64,000 nucleotides of DNA from an uncultured Olsenella sp. (lineage in GTDB: Bacteria > Actinomycetota > Coriobacteriia > Coriobacteriales > Atopobiaceae), in assembly GCA_949287905.1 (NCBI GenBank), contig CASEHX010000009.1:23365-87364 (forward strand), given 5' to 3'. Position numbers and translations under genes: made by a program. Below are positions 25,923-34,617 of the stretch, in pieces; position 1 is the first letter of the stretch, and every line of letters starts with the position of its first letter. The notes below the pieces were generated by a model, which saw only the letters and a program-made list of their open reading frames with translations, was not told where the DNA came from and ran no database searches.

Positions 25923-26569
25923 ATGCCCGTCGAGAGCGCGGCGGCACCCGCAAGACGCGTTGACCGACGCGTGCGCCGGAGCCGCCGGGCCATCATCGAG
26001 GCCTTTGACCGACTGATCATGGACGAGGCCATCGACCAGATCACCGTGAGCCTGATCGCGCGCGAGGCCGACGTCGACCGCAAGACCTTCTCGACCGCAA
26101 GACCTTCTACCAGCATTTTGGCTCTATCGACGGGCTGCTCGACGCAATCGCCGAGGACGTGGTCACCGAGCTGCTGGACAAGGTCGAGCGCGTCGTGCAG
26201 GCCAGCCCGGGTGGTTCCGATCAACGCCCCCTGCGCACCTTCCTCGCGTCCCTCACCGAGCATCTGAGCAAGAACCTCCTTCTGGGGCAGCGCTACTGCG
26301 AGCACGTGCCCTCCGAGCTGCTCTTGGAGCATCTTGCGCGTCTGCTCGTGCGTCAGTGCGTGGACAGGGGGTTCGTGAGCGAGGACATCCCGGACGACGA
26401 GCTGGAGATGCTTCTCGCCCATGGGCTCGGCGGGCTCTTCTCGCTGTATCGCTGGTGGCTGCTCTCGGACCGAATGCTGACGATTGCCGAGGTGACGCAG
26501 CTGGCCTGCCAGCTTGTAGAGGGCGGCGTGTCGTCGTTTGTGAAAGAGGGGGAGCGGGCGCTTCGCTAG
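25923..26569 (+). pseudogene. TetR/AcrR-family regulator disrupted by a 17-bp tandem duplication (frameshift)
   Basis: ORFs 25923..26267 and 26159..26569 are the two halves. The unit cgaccgcaagaccttct occurs twice in perfect tandem (26075-26091, 26092-26108). Removing one copy restores ...IAREADVDRKTFYQHFGSIDGLLDAIAEDVVTELLDKVERVV... in a single frame. Confidence 0.8.
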
Positions 26570-26574
26570 TCGGC

Positions 26575-26757
26575 GACGGTTATGCGCAACCTTGACGGTT
26601 ATGCGCACCGCCGGGGCGCTTCGATTTTCTCGCTAAGCCTTTGACGTTGGAATATAGAAAACGAATCTGTGTGCGTAACCGCCGCGATTGCGCATAGCCG
26701 CCGCGAGTGCGCATAACCGCCGCGATTGCGCATAGCCGTCGGCGGCGCGCATAACCG
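26575..26757. repeat. foldback-like element 2: same architecture as 24679-24961
   Basis: 2 units of GACGGTTATGCGCA start at 26575 and 26594. The spacer contains GGAATATAGAAAACGAATCT. 5 inverted units of (G/T)TGCGCATA(A/G)CCG start at 26669, 26688, 26707, 26726 and 26745, an exact 19-nt period. Confidence 0.9.
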
Positions 26758-26766
26758 CCGGCAAGA

Positions 26767-26806
26767 GGCCCGCCCGCCGGGGGTGAGCGGCGGGCGGGCC
26801 TTTCTC
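26767..26806 (+). terminator. GC-rich stem-loop with short T-tract
   Basis: ggcccgcccgcc-ggggtgagc-ggcgggcgggcc followed by tttctc. It lies between foldback element 2 and the uspA stop. Confidence 0.55.
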
Positions 26807-26826
26807 GGCCGAGTCTGCGAGAAGGG

Positions 26827-27303
26827 CTACTTCACCGTGAGCACCGGCACGTCAACGGAGCGGAGCACGCCAAAGCTCACGCTTCCGATCATGCCGCGCA
26901 GCGCTCCCAGGCCACGCCGCCCCATCACAACGAGGTCGATGTCGTGGCTCTTCACGTAGTCCGCGATGCCCTCCACCGGGGAGTCCGCGATGACCGCGTC
27001 CGCCACGATCTTGCACTCCGCATCGTCGCGCGCCTGGTCGATGACGGCCTGGGCGTCGGAGCTCGCGCGCTCGACGGTCGCCTCCATGATGCGCTCGTAC
27101 GTGCTCGGATCGCCGAGGGCGTAGGGCACGTCAAGGCTGCCGTCGCTCAGCAGCGTTGGATTGGGGAGCGCGGCAGAGGGGATGACGGTCACCACGCTGA
27201 CCTTTGCCTCGGGATAGGGGCCCGCCAAGCCGAGCGCTATGTGAAGGGCGCTCTTTGCGTGGTCGGACTCGTCGTAGGGGACCAGGATGTTTTTGAAGTA
27301 CAT
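26827..27303 (-). CDS. universal stress protein (UspA family)
   Basis: ATG 27303 after GAGGGAGG. MYFKNILVPYDESDHAKSAL...DLVVMGRRGLGALRGMIGSVSFGVLRSVDVPVLTV. Confidence 0.85.
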   Translation of the reverse strand: MYFKNILVPYDESDHAKSALHIALGLAGPYPEAKVSVVTVIPSAALPNPTLLSDGSLDVPYALGDPSTYERIMEATVERASSDAQAVIDQARDDAECKIVADAVIADSPVEGIADYVKSHDIDLVVMGRRGLGALRGMIGSVSFGVLRSVDVPVLTVK

Positions 27304-27406
27304 GGTTACCTCCCTCAAGACGAAACCGGGACCTACCTGCGTTATACCCGTCGTCCGACGAATGACGTGGGGGCTCGGTGAGCGTAGGCGAGAAGCCCGT
27401 GGACGC

Positions 27407-27471
27407 GTGACAAAGGGGTCGTAGCCGAGTGTCACCTATGATGTGACAAAGGGGTCGTAGCCGAGTGTCAC
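27407..27471 (+). repeat. two copies of the 29-nt unit GTGACAAAGGGGTCGTAGCCGAGTGTCAC
   Basis: Units at 27407-27435 and 27443-27471, in the divergent uspA/MBL promoter region. Same family as 18101-18178. Confidence 0.85.
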
Positions 27472-27490
27472 GTTTGTGTGGGAGGCGGTC

Positions 27491-28330
27491 ATGCTCGTCA
27501 CGGTGCTCATGGAGAACAGCACGCCCTCGAGCCGTCTTGCCGCGCGACACGGCCTCTCCCTGTGGGTCGAGCTGGCAGACGGCCGTCACGTTCTCTTTGA
27601 CATGGGGCCGGACGACGGGTTTCTCGCCAACGCGCACGTTCTCGAGGTGGATGTGACGTCGGCCGACCTAGCGGTTCTCAGCCATGGTCACTACGACCAC
27701 GGCGGCGGGCTCCGCGCGTTTCTCGCCGCCTGTGCGAAGGCGGGGCGCGACGTGCCCGTCTACGTTCGAGACCATGCCTTTGAGGAGCACGTCTCCGGAA
27801 CGCCCGCGCGCCACCACGACATCGGGCTTGATCCGGGGCTGGCCACCGATCCGCATGTCCACGTGGTTGGCGAGAAGCGCGAACTGGGCGGCGGACTCGT
27901 GCTCTTCTCTACGGAGCGGCGCTCACATCCTGCGGCCCGGTCGAACAAACGCCTGCTCATGCGCGATGAGGACGACGCGCTCGTCCCGGACACCTTTGCC
28001 CATGAGCAGAGCCTTCTGGTGAAGGAGGGTGGTCGGCGGATTCTTGTCTCGGGGTGCTCACACGGGGGAATCCTCAACCTGATGGACGCCGCCGAGCAGG
28101 TGGCCGGCGCGCCGCTGGACGCGGTTGTGGCAGGCTTCCACCTCATGGATCCGAGCGGGGGAGCGGTGGAGGACGCGGAGCTCACTCGTGCGTTGGCCCG
28201 GGAGCTGGCGGCGCGAGGCACCTCCTATTACACCTTCCACTGCACCGGCACCGACGCGTTCTCGATTCTGCGCGACGAGCTCGGCGAGCGAGTTCGCTAC
28301 CTCCATGTGGGTAGTCGTGCGGATGTGTGA
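27491..28330 (+). CDS. MBL-fold metallo-hydrolase
   Basis: ATG 27491 after GGGAGG. VLSHGHYDHGGGL motif. Confidence 0.85.
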   Translation: MLVTVLMENSTPSSRLAARHGLSLWVELADGRHVLFDMGPDDGFLANAHVLEVDVTSADLAVLSHGHYDHGGGLRAFLAACAKAGRDVPVYVRDHAFEEHVSGTPARHHDIGLDPGLATDPHVHVVGEKRELGGGLVLFSTERRSHPAARSNKRLLMRDEDDALVPDTFAHEQSLLVKEGGRRILVSGCSHGGILNLMDAAEQVAGAPLDAVVAGFHLMDPSGGAVEDAELTRALARELAARGTSYYTFHCTGTDAFSILRDELGERVRYLHVGSRADV

Positions 28331-28376
28331 CGCCGCGCCTGGGTACAATTGCACGTAGTCGTGTTGGGAGGTCCTC

Positions 28377-28583
28377 ATGCCCCAGATAGTCAGCGTTCTT
28401 CTCGCCCTGCTCATCGTTGCGTTTGTGGTCTCGCTGGTGATTTCTTTTCTGGTGAACATCGTTGCCGGCGCCCTCTCGATGCTGCCGGCGATCTTTGTAA
28501 TCGTTGCGGTTTGGTTCTTTGTGAAGGGAGGCAGGATCCACATCGAGCTGCCCGGTCGTCGCGACCGAGACGACCGCTATTAG
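28377..28583 (+). CDS. small membrane protein (2 TM), hypothetical
   Basis: 68 aa, MPQIVSVLLALLIVAFVVSLVISFLVNIVAGALSMLPAIFVIVAVWFFV..., RBS GGGAGG. Confidence 0.5.
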   Translation: MPQIVSVLLALLIVAFVVSLVISFLVNIVAGALSMLPAIFVIVAVWFFVKGGRIHIELPGRRDRDDRY

Positions 28584-28595
28584 GGGGAGGGAACC

Positions 28596-29099
28596 ATGGC
28601 AACACCAGAGTTCATCCTGCGCCTACGCGAGAAGATCGGCCACGACTTGCTGTGGCTCATCGGTGTGACCGCCTATGTGGAGGACGGGGAGGGGCGCGTG
28701 CTCTTGGGCCGTCGCTCCGACACGGGGGAATGGGCGCTCGTCTACGGCATCAACGAGCCGGGGGAGGAGCCCGCGGATACCGTTGCGCGCGAGGTCTTGG
28801 AGGAGACGGGCGTGGATGTGGTGCCAACGGACCTGGTGCACGTTCAGGCCGCGCATCACGAGACCGTCTATGCCAATGGGGATCGCACGCAGTACCTGGA
28901 CCTCATGTTCGTGTGCCGGCTCGCCGAGGGCGGAAGCTCCGAGCCGCGCGTGGCTGATGACGAGAGCCTCGCGGTGGGTTGGTTCGCGCCCGACGCGCTG
29001 CCGGAGCCGCTGGCAGCGTCGACGGTCCAGCGCCTTGCCGCGCTCGCCGCATGGCGCGAGGCGGGCGCGAGCAGGGCGCTCTTCTCGTTTGGGGAATGA
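28596..29099 (+). CDS. NUDIX hydrolase
   Basis: Nudix box GINEPGEEPADTVAREVLEETG. Confidence 0.9.
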   Translation: MATPEFILRLREKIGHDLLWLIGVTAYVEDGEGRVLLGRRSDTGEWALVYGINEPGEEPADTVAREVLEETGVDVVPTDLVHVQAAHHETVYANGDRTQYLDLMFVCRLAEGGSSEPRVADDESLAVGWFAPDALPEPLAASTVQRLAALAAWREAGASRALFSFGE

Positions 29100-29125
29100 T
29101 GCGAAGGGACAGTCCCTTCGCATCA
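29097..29125. repeat. palindromic hairpin element, family P (P5)
   Basis: tgatgcgaagggacagtcccttcgcatca. Its first TGA is the NUDIX stop. Confidence 0.75.
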
Positions 29126-29169
29126 CCTGTGCCGTCGCTATATCTGCGCTATCGCTTTGTTCGCGTGGC

Positions 29170-29568
29170 CTACCAGCGGATGGTGTAGGGGTCCTTGGTG
29201 AACGAGCAGAACGTGGCGGTGACGTTCTCCAGGGCAAAGACCTCGCAGTTGCCGTCGTCTGCGGCGTACATCGACTGCAGCTCGGGATACTCCGCGAGCA
29301 CGGCCTCGCGCGCCTCTAGACGGTCGTCGAGAACGGCGTCGGCCTCGACGCGCAGCCACGTGCCATCGGTGCCCGTCGCGCAGATAGCCACGCGCGGGTG
29401 AGCGAGCATCTGGTAGGAGACCGCCTTGACCTTGCCGGTCTGGATGTAGAGCTTGCCCTCGAACTTGGCGATGGTGCCAAAGGGGCGGACCTGCGGGTCG
29501 CCCTTCTCATCGACGGTTGCCAGGAAGTACGTGGGATTGGCCTTGAGGTAGGCGAGGACCTCGTCCAT
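29170..29568 (-). CDS. pyridoxamine 5'-phosphate oxidase-like FMN-binding protein
   Basis: ATG 29568 after GGAAGGAG. MDEVLAYLKANPTYFLATVDEKGDPQVRPFG... 132 aa. Confidence 0.85.
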   Translation of the reverse strand: MDEVLAYLKANPTYFLATVDEKGDPQVRPFGTIAKFEGKLYIQTGKVKAVSYQMLAHPRVAICATGTDGTWLRVEADAVLDDRLEAREAVLAEYPELQSMYAADDGNCEVFALENVTATFCSFTKDPYTIRW

Positions 29569-29759
29569 GGTGGCTCCTTCCGCTGCGGCGGATGCGATCG
29601 TTGGTGTTACTTTACTCCGCCTTGGGAGCCGTACGGGCGTGCCGTTGACAGCTTTTCGCGCTGAACGGGATGAACGCGAGAAACATCTCGGCCATTGCAA
29701 TCTTGGCGGGCCCTGCTCTCGAGAGCTTGCCCCGCCGCTGCGTTTGTGGTCGATTGCAC

Positions 29760-29950
29760 TTGAGGCAGTAAATCGGCCCTCCGGTGTCACTTTTGGCCCC
29801 GTTTGTGTGGGTTTTCCGGCCACTTTTCGGAGTTGGGCAAGTATCCGCGCTCCTCAACTGCGGTTATGTTGCCCGCCAAACGCCTCCGGGAGGGCCAATC
29901 CACACAAACGGGGCCAAAAGTGACACCGGAGGGCCGATTTACTGCCTCAA
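29760..29950. mobile_element. MITE-like element / long hairpin, family M1 copy 1 (about 50-nt terminal inverted repeats)
   Basis: The left arm ttgaggcagtaaatcggccctccggtgtcacttttggccccgtttgtgtgg pairs with the right arm ccacacaaacggggccaaaagtgacaccggagggccgatttactgcctcaa. The internal 90 nt are unrelated to copy 2. Confidence 0.6.
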
Positions 29951-29984
29951 CGATTCTTCTTTGTGGTCGCTTGAGGCGCGGGGC

Positions 29985-30629
29985 CTATTGGTGCGCGTAG
30001 TGCTCGAGGCACATGCTCACGAAGTCGCGCATCTCGGCACGGAAGTCGGTCTCGGGGCGCTCGATCTCCAGGCGCCTCAGCGCCTCGGCGATGAGAGGGT
30101 TGCTCCAGCAGGAGCTGACGAGGCCCGTGGCGTGGTAATAGACGGCCAGCAAGAGCGGCTCCACGTGCTCGGGCTCGATGCCGATGACCTGCGGAAGGTG
30201 CTCGCGCATCTCGTCGACGTGCGCGTAGTAGCCGTGCTTGAAATCCATGAGGCGCTCGACGGTGACATTGGTCTCAACGATGGTGGTGAGAAGATCGCCC
30301 AGGCGGAAGTACTCCTGGTGGGCGTCCGCGACCTTCGCCCAGGCATCAGCGGCCTCGGCGGGGGAGAGCTCGTGTCCCGCGGGGAGGGCGGCGAGAAGCG
30401 CCTCGAAGTAGGCGTCGCATTCGTCTGCCGTGAGCAGGAGGAAGATCTCCTCCTTGGTGGTCACGTACTTGTAGAGGTTGGCGCGCGACCAGCCGAGCTC
30501 CTCGGCGATCGTGGTGAGCGTGATCTCGTGATAGGGGCGCTCCGCGAACTGTCGGCGGACGGCACCCTTGATTTCGTCGAGACGCTGCTCCTTTTGCTCG
30601 GGGCTCCGTGCCCTAATGAACTCGGCCAT
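29985..30629 (-). CDS. TetR/AcrR-family transcriptional regulator
   Basis: 214 aa. YHEITLTTIAEELGWSRANLYKYVTTKEEIFLLL is a TetR HTH. Confidence 0.9.
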   Translation of the reverse strand: MAEFIRARSPEQKEQRLDEIKGAVRRQFAERPYHEITLTTIAEELGWSRANLYKYVTTKEEIFLLLTADECDAYFEALLAALPAGHELSPAEAADAWAKVADAHQEYFRLGDLLTTIVETNVTVERLMDFKHGYYAHVDEMREHLPQVIGIEPEHVEPLLLAVYYHATGLVSSCWSNPLIAEALRRLEIERPETDFRAEMRDFVSMCLEHYAHQ

Positions 30630-30678
30630 GACTCCTCCGTACGGTTGCTGCGCAAAGTATACCGCAGCGAAACCAGAA

Positions 30679-30728
30679 ATAAGCGAAATAACGTCACTTA
30701 TATCTTTACAAGCGACGTAGCGTCACTT
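30679..30728. promoter_or_regulatory. two imperfect palindromes, candidate TetR operators in the tetR/adh divergent region
   Basis: ATAAGCGA-N7-TCACTTAT (30679-30701) and AAGCGAC-N5-GTCACTT (30710-30728). The region is AT-richer than its surroundings. Confidence 0.4.
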
Positions 30729-30761
30729 ATGATGAAGCCACACACCATGAAAGGAGAACCC

Positions 30762-31943
30762 ATGCTCGGCAACTTCACCTATCACAACCCCACCAAGCTC
30801 ATCTTTGGCAAGGACGCCATGCAGGCCCTCGCGACGGAGCTCGCGGCCTACGGCCCGACCGTCCAGCTCGTCTACGGCGGCGGCTCCATCAAGCGAAACG
30901 GCATCTACGACCAGGTGATTTCCGCGCTTGCGTCGGCGGGCAAGACCGTCGTCGAGGACGCGGGCGTCATGCCCAATCCCACGATCGAGAAGCTCTATGA
31001 GGGCGTGGCCATCGCGCGCGAGAACCGCGTGGATCTCATCCTCGCGGTGGGCGGCGGCTCCTGCATCGACTACGCCAAGGCGGTGGCCGTCTCCGCCAAC
31101 CTGCCTGCGGACGTGGATCCCTGGCAGAAGTACTGGGTGGACTTCGACGAGCCGGCGGCCGACCTCGACGTCATCCCCGTGGGCTCGGTTCTCACGATGG
31201 TGGGCACGGGCTCGGAGATGAACTGTGGCTCGGTCATCACCAACCACGAGACCAAGATGAAGGTCGGCCATGTCTTTGCGGATGCGCACGTGTTCCCGCG
31301 CTTTGCCGTGCTGAACCCCGAGTTCACCTACACGCTGCCCAAGTACCAGATGGTCGCCGGCATCTTCGACATCATGAACCACATCACCGAGCAGTACTTC
31401 TCGGGCACAGACGACAACACGTCCGATTACCTCTCCGAGGGTCTCATGCGCTCGCTCGTGGCCGCCAGCCGCGCCGCGATGGCAAACCCGGAGGACTATG
31501 AGGCTCGCTCCAACATCATGTGGTGCGCCACGTGGGCGCTCAACACGCTCGTGGCCTGCGGAAAGTCCACGGACTGGGAGGTCCACATGCTCGGCCAGGC
31601 CGTCGGCGCCCACACCGACGCCACGCACGGCATGACGCTCGCCGCCGTGGCGCTGCCGTACTACCGCCTGGTCATGCCCTATGGCGTGGAGAAGTTCGCG
31701 CGGTTCGCCAGCAACGTGTGGGGCGTCTCGCCCGAGGGCCGCACGACCGAGGAGCTCGCGTCTGCCGGCCTCGACGCGATGGAGGCCTGGATGCGCGAGA
31801 TCGGCTGCGTCATGAGCATCTCCGAGCTCGGCGCCACCGAGGACATGCTCGAGGATCTTGCCGACTCCACCCTCGTCATGCAGGGCGGCTACCACGTGCT
31901 CACGCGTGACGAGATCATCCGCATCTTCCGCGAGAGCCTGTGA
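30762..31943 (+). CDS. iron-containing (group III) alcohol dehydrogenase, YqhD/BdhA-like
   Basis: ATG 30762 after AAAGGAGA. MLGNFTYHNPTKLIFGKDAM...VYGGGSIKRNGIYD...AVGGGSCIDYAKA. Confidence 0.9.
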   Translation: MLGNFTYHNPTKLIFGKDAMQALATELAAYGPTVQLVYGGGSIKRNGIYDQVISALASAGKTVVEDAGVMPNPTIEKLYEGVAIARENRVDLILAVGGGSCIDYAKAVAVSANLPADVDPWQKYWVDFDEPAADLDVIPVGSVLTMVGTGSEMNCGSVITNHETKMKVGHVFADAHVFPRFAVLNPEFTYTLPKYQMVAGIFDIMNHITEQYFSGTDDNTSDYLSEGLMRSLVAASRAAMANPEDYEARSNIMWCATWALNTLVACGKSTDWEVHMLGQAVGAHTDATHGMTLAAVALPYYRLVMPYGVEKFARFASNVWGVSPEGRTTEELASAGLDAMEAWMREIGCVMSISELGATEDMLEDLADSTLVMQGGYHVLTRDEIIRIFRESL

Positions 31944-31973
31944 TTCAAAGGGGGACAGACCCCTTTTGAATCA
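31941..31973. repeat. palindromic hairpin element, family P (P6)
   Basis: tgattcaaagggggacagaccccttttgaatca. The TGA is the adh stop. The element ends 29 nt before the next ATG. Confidence 0.8.
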
Positions 31974-32001
31974 TTCTCGCTTGGGGAGGACGGAGAAGAA
32001 C

Positions 32002-33384
32002 ATGCTGACGAGAAGGACGTTCGTGAATGCGCTGGCTGCGACTGCGGCGACGGCGGTGCTTGCGGGTTGTGGCACCACGGAGAACACGCCAGAGACAACT
32101 GTGCCGGAGCCCACGTTGCAGGAGCCTGAGGCACCTGCCGTCCCGGCGACCTCGGCTTCGCCCGTCTACTTCACGCGAGAAATCTCGCCGGAGGGCCTTG
32201 CCCGCGCCTTCGACGCTCTGAGCTTCTCGCCCGCCGGAAACGTGGCCGTGAAGCTCTCGACCGGCGAGCCGGGAGGGCACAACTTCCTCTCTCCCGACCT
32301 CATTGGCGATTTCGTGCGCAGCCTCAGCGCCACGATCGTGGAGTGCAACACTGCCTACGGAGGGGCGCGTGGAACCACGGAGAGTCACCTCCGGGCCGCT
32401 GCCGACCACGGCTTCACCGCAATCGCGGACGTGGACATCATGGACGCCGACGGCTCGATAAGCCTGCCCGTCACGGGCGGGACGCACCTCACGGAGGACC
32501 TCGTGGGCGCGCATCTGGCGAGCTACGACTCCGTGGTCTCGCTCGCGCACTTCAAAGGCCATGCGATGGGTGGCTTTGGCGGCGCGATCAAGAACTGCTC
32601 CATCGGCATCGCCAGCCGAGAGGGCAAGATGCTCATCCACAGCGCGGGTACCTCGACCACGAGCTGGGGCAGCCCGGCGCAGGACGACTTTCTCGAGTCC
32701 ATGGCCGAGGCTGCCAAGGCGGTCTCGGACCACTTCGGCGGCGTGGGCGGCGCCATGGCTTACGTCAACGTGATGAATCGCCTCTCGGTGGACTGCGATT
32801 GCGACTCGCATCCCGCCGAGCCTGAGATGGCCGATATCGGCATCCTGGCCTCGCTCGACCCAGTGGCGCTCGACCGCGCGTGCGTTGACTTGGTCTACGC
32901 GGCGCCCGACGGCGCAGCGCTCGTGGAGCGCATCGAGAGCAGAAACGGTGTCCACACGCTTGACCACGCGGAGGCCATCGGTCTGGGCGGCCAGACCTAC
33001 GAGCTGGTTGATCTGGATGCCGGAACGACCGAGGGGGAGGCCATGACCATCAACGTTACCTGTGAGGACGCGACGGTGACCTACGAGCTCAATGACTCCG
33101 CAGCGGCCCGTGCGCTCTACGAACAGCTGCCTCTGACCTGCGACGTGGAGCCCTTCGGCAGCAACGAGCAGACCTTCTACCCGCCCGAGGAGCTCGACTG
33201 CTCGGACGCCCCGCTCGCCGGGGGCGGAGCCGGCGTGCTCGCCTACTACGAGCCGTGGGGAGACGTCGTGATGTTCTACGACGACTTCTCCGGCAACGAC
33301 AGCCTCTACGAGCTGGGGCGCGCAACGACCGGCGCGGAGAGCGTCGCGGGCATGGCGGGGACCATCGAAGTGACGCGCGCATAG
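32002..33384 (+). CDS. Tat-signal lipoprotein: DUF362 domain fused to a C-terminal cyclophilin-like domain
   Basis: MLTRRTFVNALAATAATAVLAGCG has a twin-arginine motif plus lipobox. FKGHAMGGFGGAIKNCSIGIAS is DUF362-like. The C-terminal MTINVTCEDATVTYELNDSAAARALYEQLPL...YYEPWGDVVMFY is cyclophilin-like. Confidence 0.8.
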   Translation: MLTRRTFVNALAATAATAVLAGCGTTENTPETTVPEPTLQEPEAPAVPATSASPVYFTREISPEGLARAFDALSFSPAGNVAVKLSTGEPGGHNFLSPDLIGDFVRSLSATIVECNTAYGGARGTTESHLRAAADHGFTAIADVDIMDADGSISLPVTGGTHLTEDLVGAHLASYDSVVSLAHFKGHAMGGFGGAIKNCSIGIASREGKMLIHSAGTSTTSWGSPAQDDFLESMAEAAKAVSDHFGGVGGAMAYVNVMNRLSVDCDCDSHPAEPEMADIGILASLDPVALDRACVDLVYAAPDGAALVERIESRNGVHTLDHAEAIGLGGQTYELVDLDAGTTEGEAMTINVTCEDATVTYELNDSAAARALYEQLPLTCDVEPFGSNEQTFYPPEELDCSDAPLAGGGAGVLAYYEPWGDVVMFYDDFSGNDSLYELGRATTGAESVAGMAGTIEVTRA

Positions 33385-33409
33385 CGCACGAACAGAAGGG
33401 GAGAAGAAC

Positions 33410-34033
33410 ATGCTGACGAGAAGGAACTTCCTGGCAGTTGCCATTGCGGGCATGACCGCGCTCCTATCCGGCTGCTCCGGCGAGAAGGACGAGGCGCCCG
33501 CGGCCGATTCGGCAACGGGGCCGATCGAGGACGCCCCCGCGGCGGATGCCGCGCCGGCGGGCAACGTGCTCGTCGCGTATTTCTCGGCGACGGGCAACAC
33601 GGAGGGTGTGGCCACCGTGATCGCCGAGCGCCTGGGCGCGGACGTCTTTGCCATCGAGGCCGCGCAGCCCTACACGGAGGCGGACCTGAACTACAGCGAC
33701 GACGCCTCCCGCACGAGCGTCGAGCGCGCGGACGGGACCAACCCCGAGCTCGCGCAGGTCACGCCCGACGGCTGGGCCGACTACGACACGGTCTTTCTCG
33801 GCTACCCGATCTGGTGGGGCGAGGCGGCCTGGCCGCTGCGCACGTTCGTGGTAGGCAACGACTTTGCCGGCAAGACCGTGGTGCCGTTCTGCACGTCGGG
33901 CTCGTCGGGAATTGGGGGCAGCGCCGATGGCCTTGAGGAGCTTGCGGGTTCCGGTGATTGGCGCGAGGGCGAGCGCTTCTCGTCCGGCGCCGGCGACGAG
34001 GCGGCAGACTGGGCCGCCAGCCTGGGACTGTGA
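33410..34033 (+). CDS. Tat-signal lipoprotein flavodoxin
   Basis: MLTRRNFLAVAIAGMTALLSGCSG. NVLVAYFSATGNTEGVA...FLGYPIWWGEAAWP...PFCTSGSSGIG is a flavodoxin_4-type sequence. Confidence 0.85.
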   Translation: MLTRRNFLAVAIAGMTALLSGCSGEKDEAPAADSATGPIEDAPAADAAPAGNVLVAYFSATGNTEGVATVIAERLGADVFAIEAAQPYTEADLNYSDDASRTSVERADGTNPELAQVTPDGWADYDTVFLGYPIWWGEAAWPLRTFVVGNDFAGKTVVPFCTSGSSGIGGSADGLEELAGSGDWREGERFSSGAGDEAADWAASLGL

Positions 34034-34063
34034 TTCAAAAGGGGTCTGTCCCCTTTTGAATCA
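34031..34063. repeat. palindromic hairpin element, family P (P7)
   Basis: tgattcaaaaggggtctgtccccttttgaatca. The TGA is the flavodoxin stop. The element ends 18 nt before the next GTG start. Confidence 0.8.
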
Positions 34064-34080
34064 CTGGGAAGGAGAGGAAC

Positions 34081-34617
34081 GTGAACATCGTCATCTTGCA
34101 GGGAAGTCCCAACCGCGACGGCTCCACCGCCATCCTCTGCGAGGAGTTCGCGCGCGGGGCGCGCCAGGCGGGACACGAGGTCGAGCGCATCGATGTGGCA
34201 CAGGCGGATGTGCACCCCTGCACGGGTTGTGTGGCCTGCGGCTATGGCGCGCATCCGTGCGTCCAGCGCGACGGCATGGCTGCGATCCTGGAGAAGATCC
34301 TCGCGGCCGACGTGCTGGTCCTGGCGACGCCGCTCTACTACTACGGCATGTCTGCCCAGCTCAAGGCAGTGATTGACCGCTTCTGCTCCGAAAACTCCGC
34401 CATCACGGCGCGGCGGCTGCACTCCGTTCTTCTCGCCGTGGCGTGGAACGCGGACAGCTGGACCTTCGATGCACTCGAGGCGCACTACGACACGCTTGTT
34501 CGCTACCTCGACCTGCGCGACTGCGGACGCGTGCTCGGCCACGGCTGCGGGACGCCGTCCATGACGCGCGCGTCTGACGCCCCGCAGCGCGCCTTCGAGC
34601 TGGGGCGCTCGCTGTAG
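34081..34617 (+). CDS. flavodoxin-fold NAD(P)H-dependent FMN reductase / iron-sulfur flavoprotein-like
   Basis: GTG 34081 after GGAAGGAGAGGA. MNIVILQGSPNRDGSTA...CTGCVACGYG...LVLATPLYYYGMSAQLK. Confidence 0.85.
   Translation: MNIVILQGSPNRDGSTAILCEEFARGARQAGHEVERIDVAQADVHPCTGCVACGYGAHPCVQRDGMAAILEKILAADVLVLATPLYYYGMSAQLKAVIDRFCSENSAITARRLHSVLLAVAWNADSWTFDALEAHYDTLVRYLDLRDCGRVLGHGCGTPSMTRASDAPQRAFELGRSL

Noticed and set aside
29784-30761. N-terminal 326 codons of the 719-aa ORF 29784..31943
   Set aside because: It overlaps the M1 element and is antisense to the TetR gene. The alcohol dehydrogenase starts at ATG 30762 with RBS AAAGGAGA.
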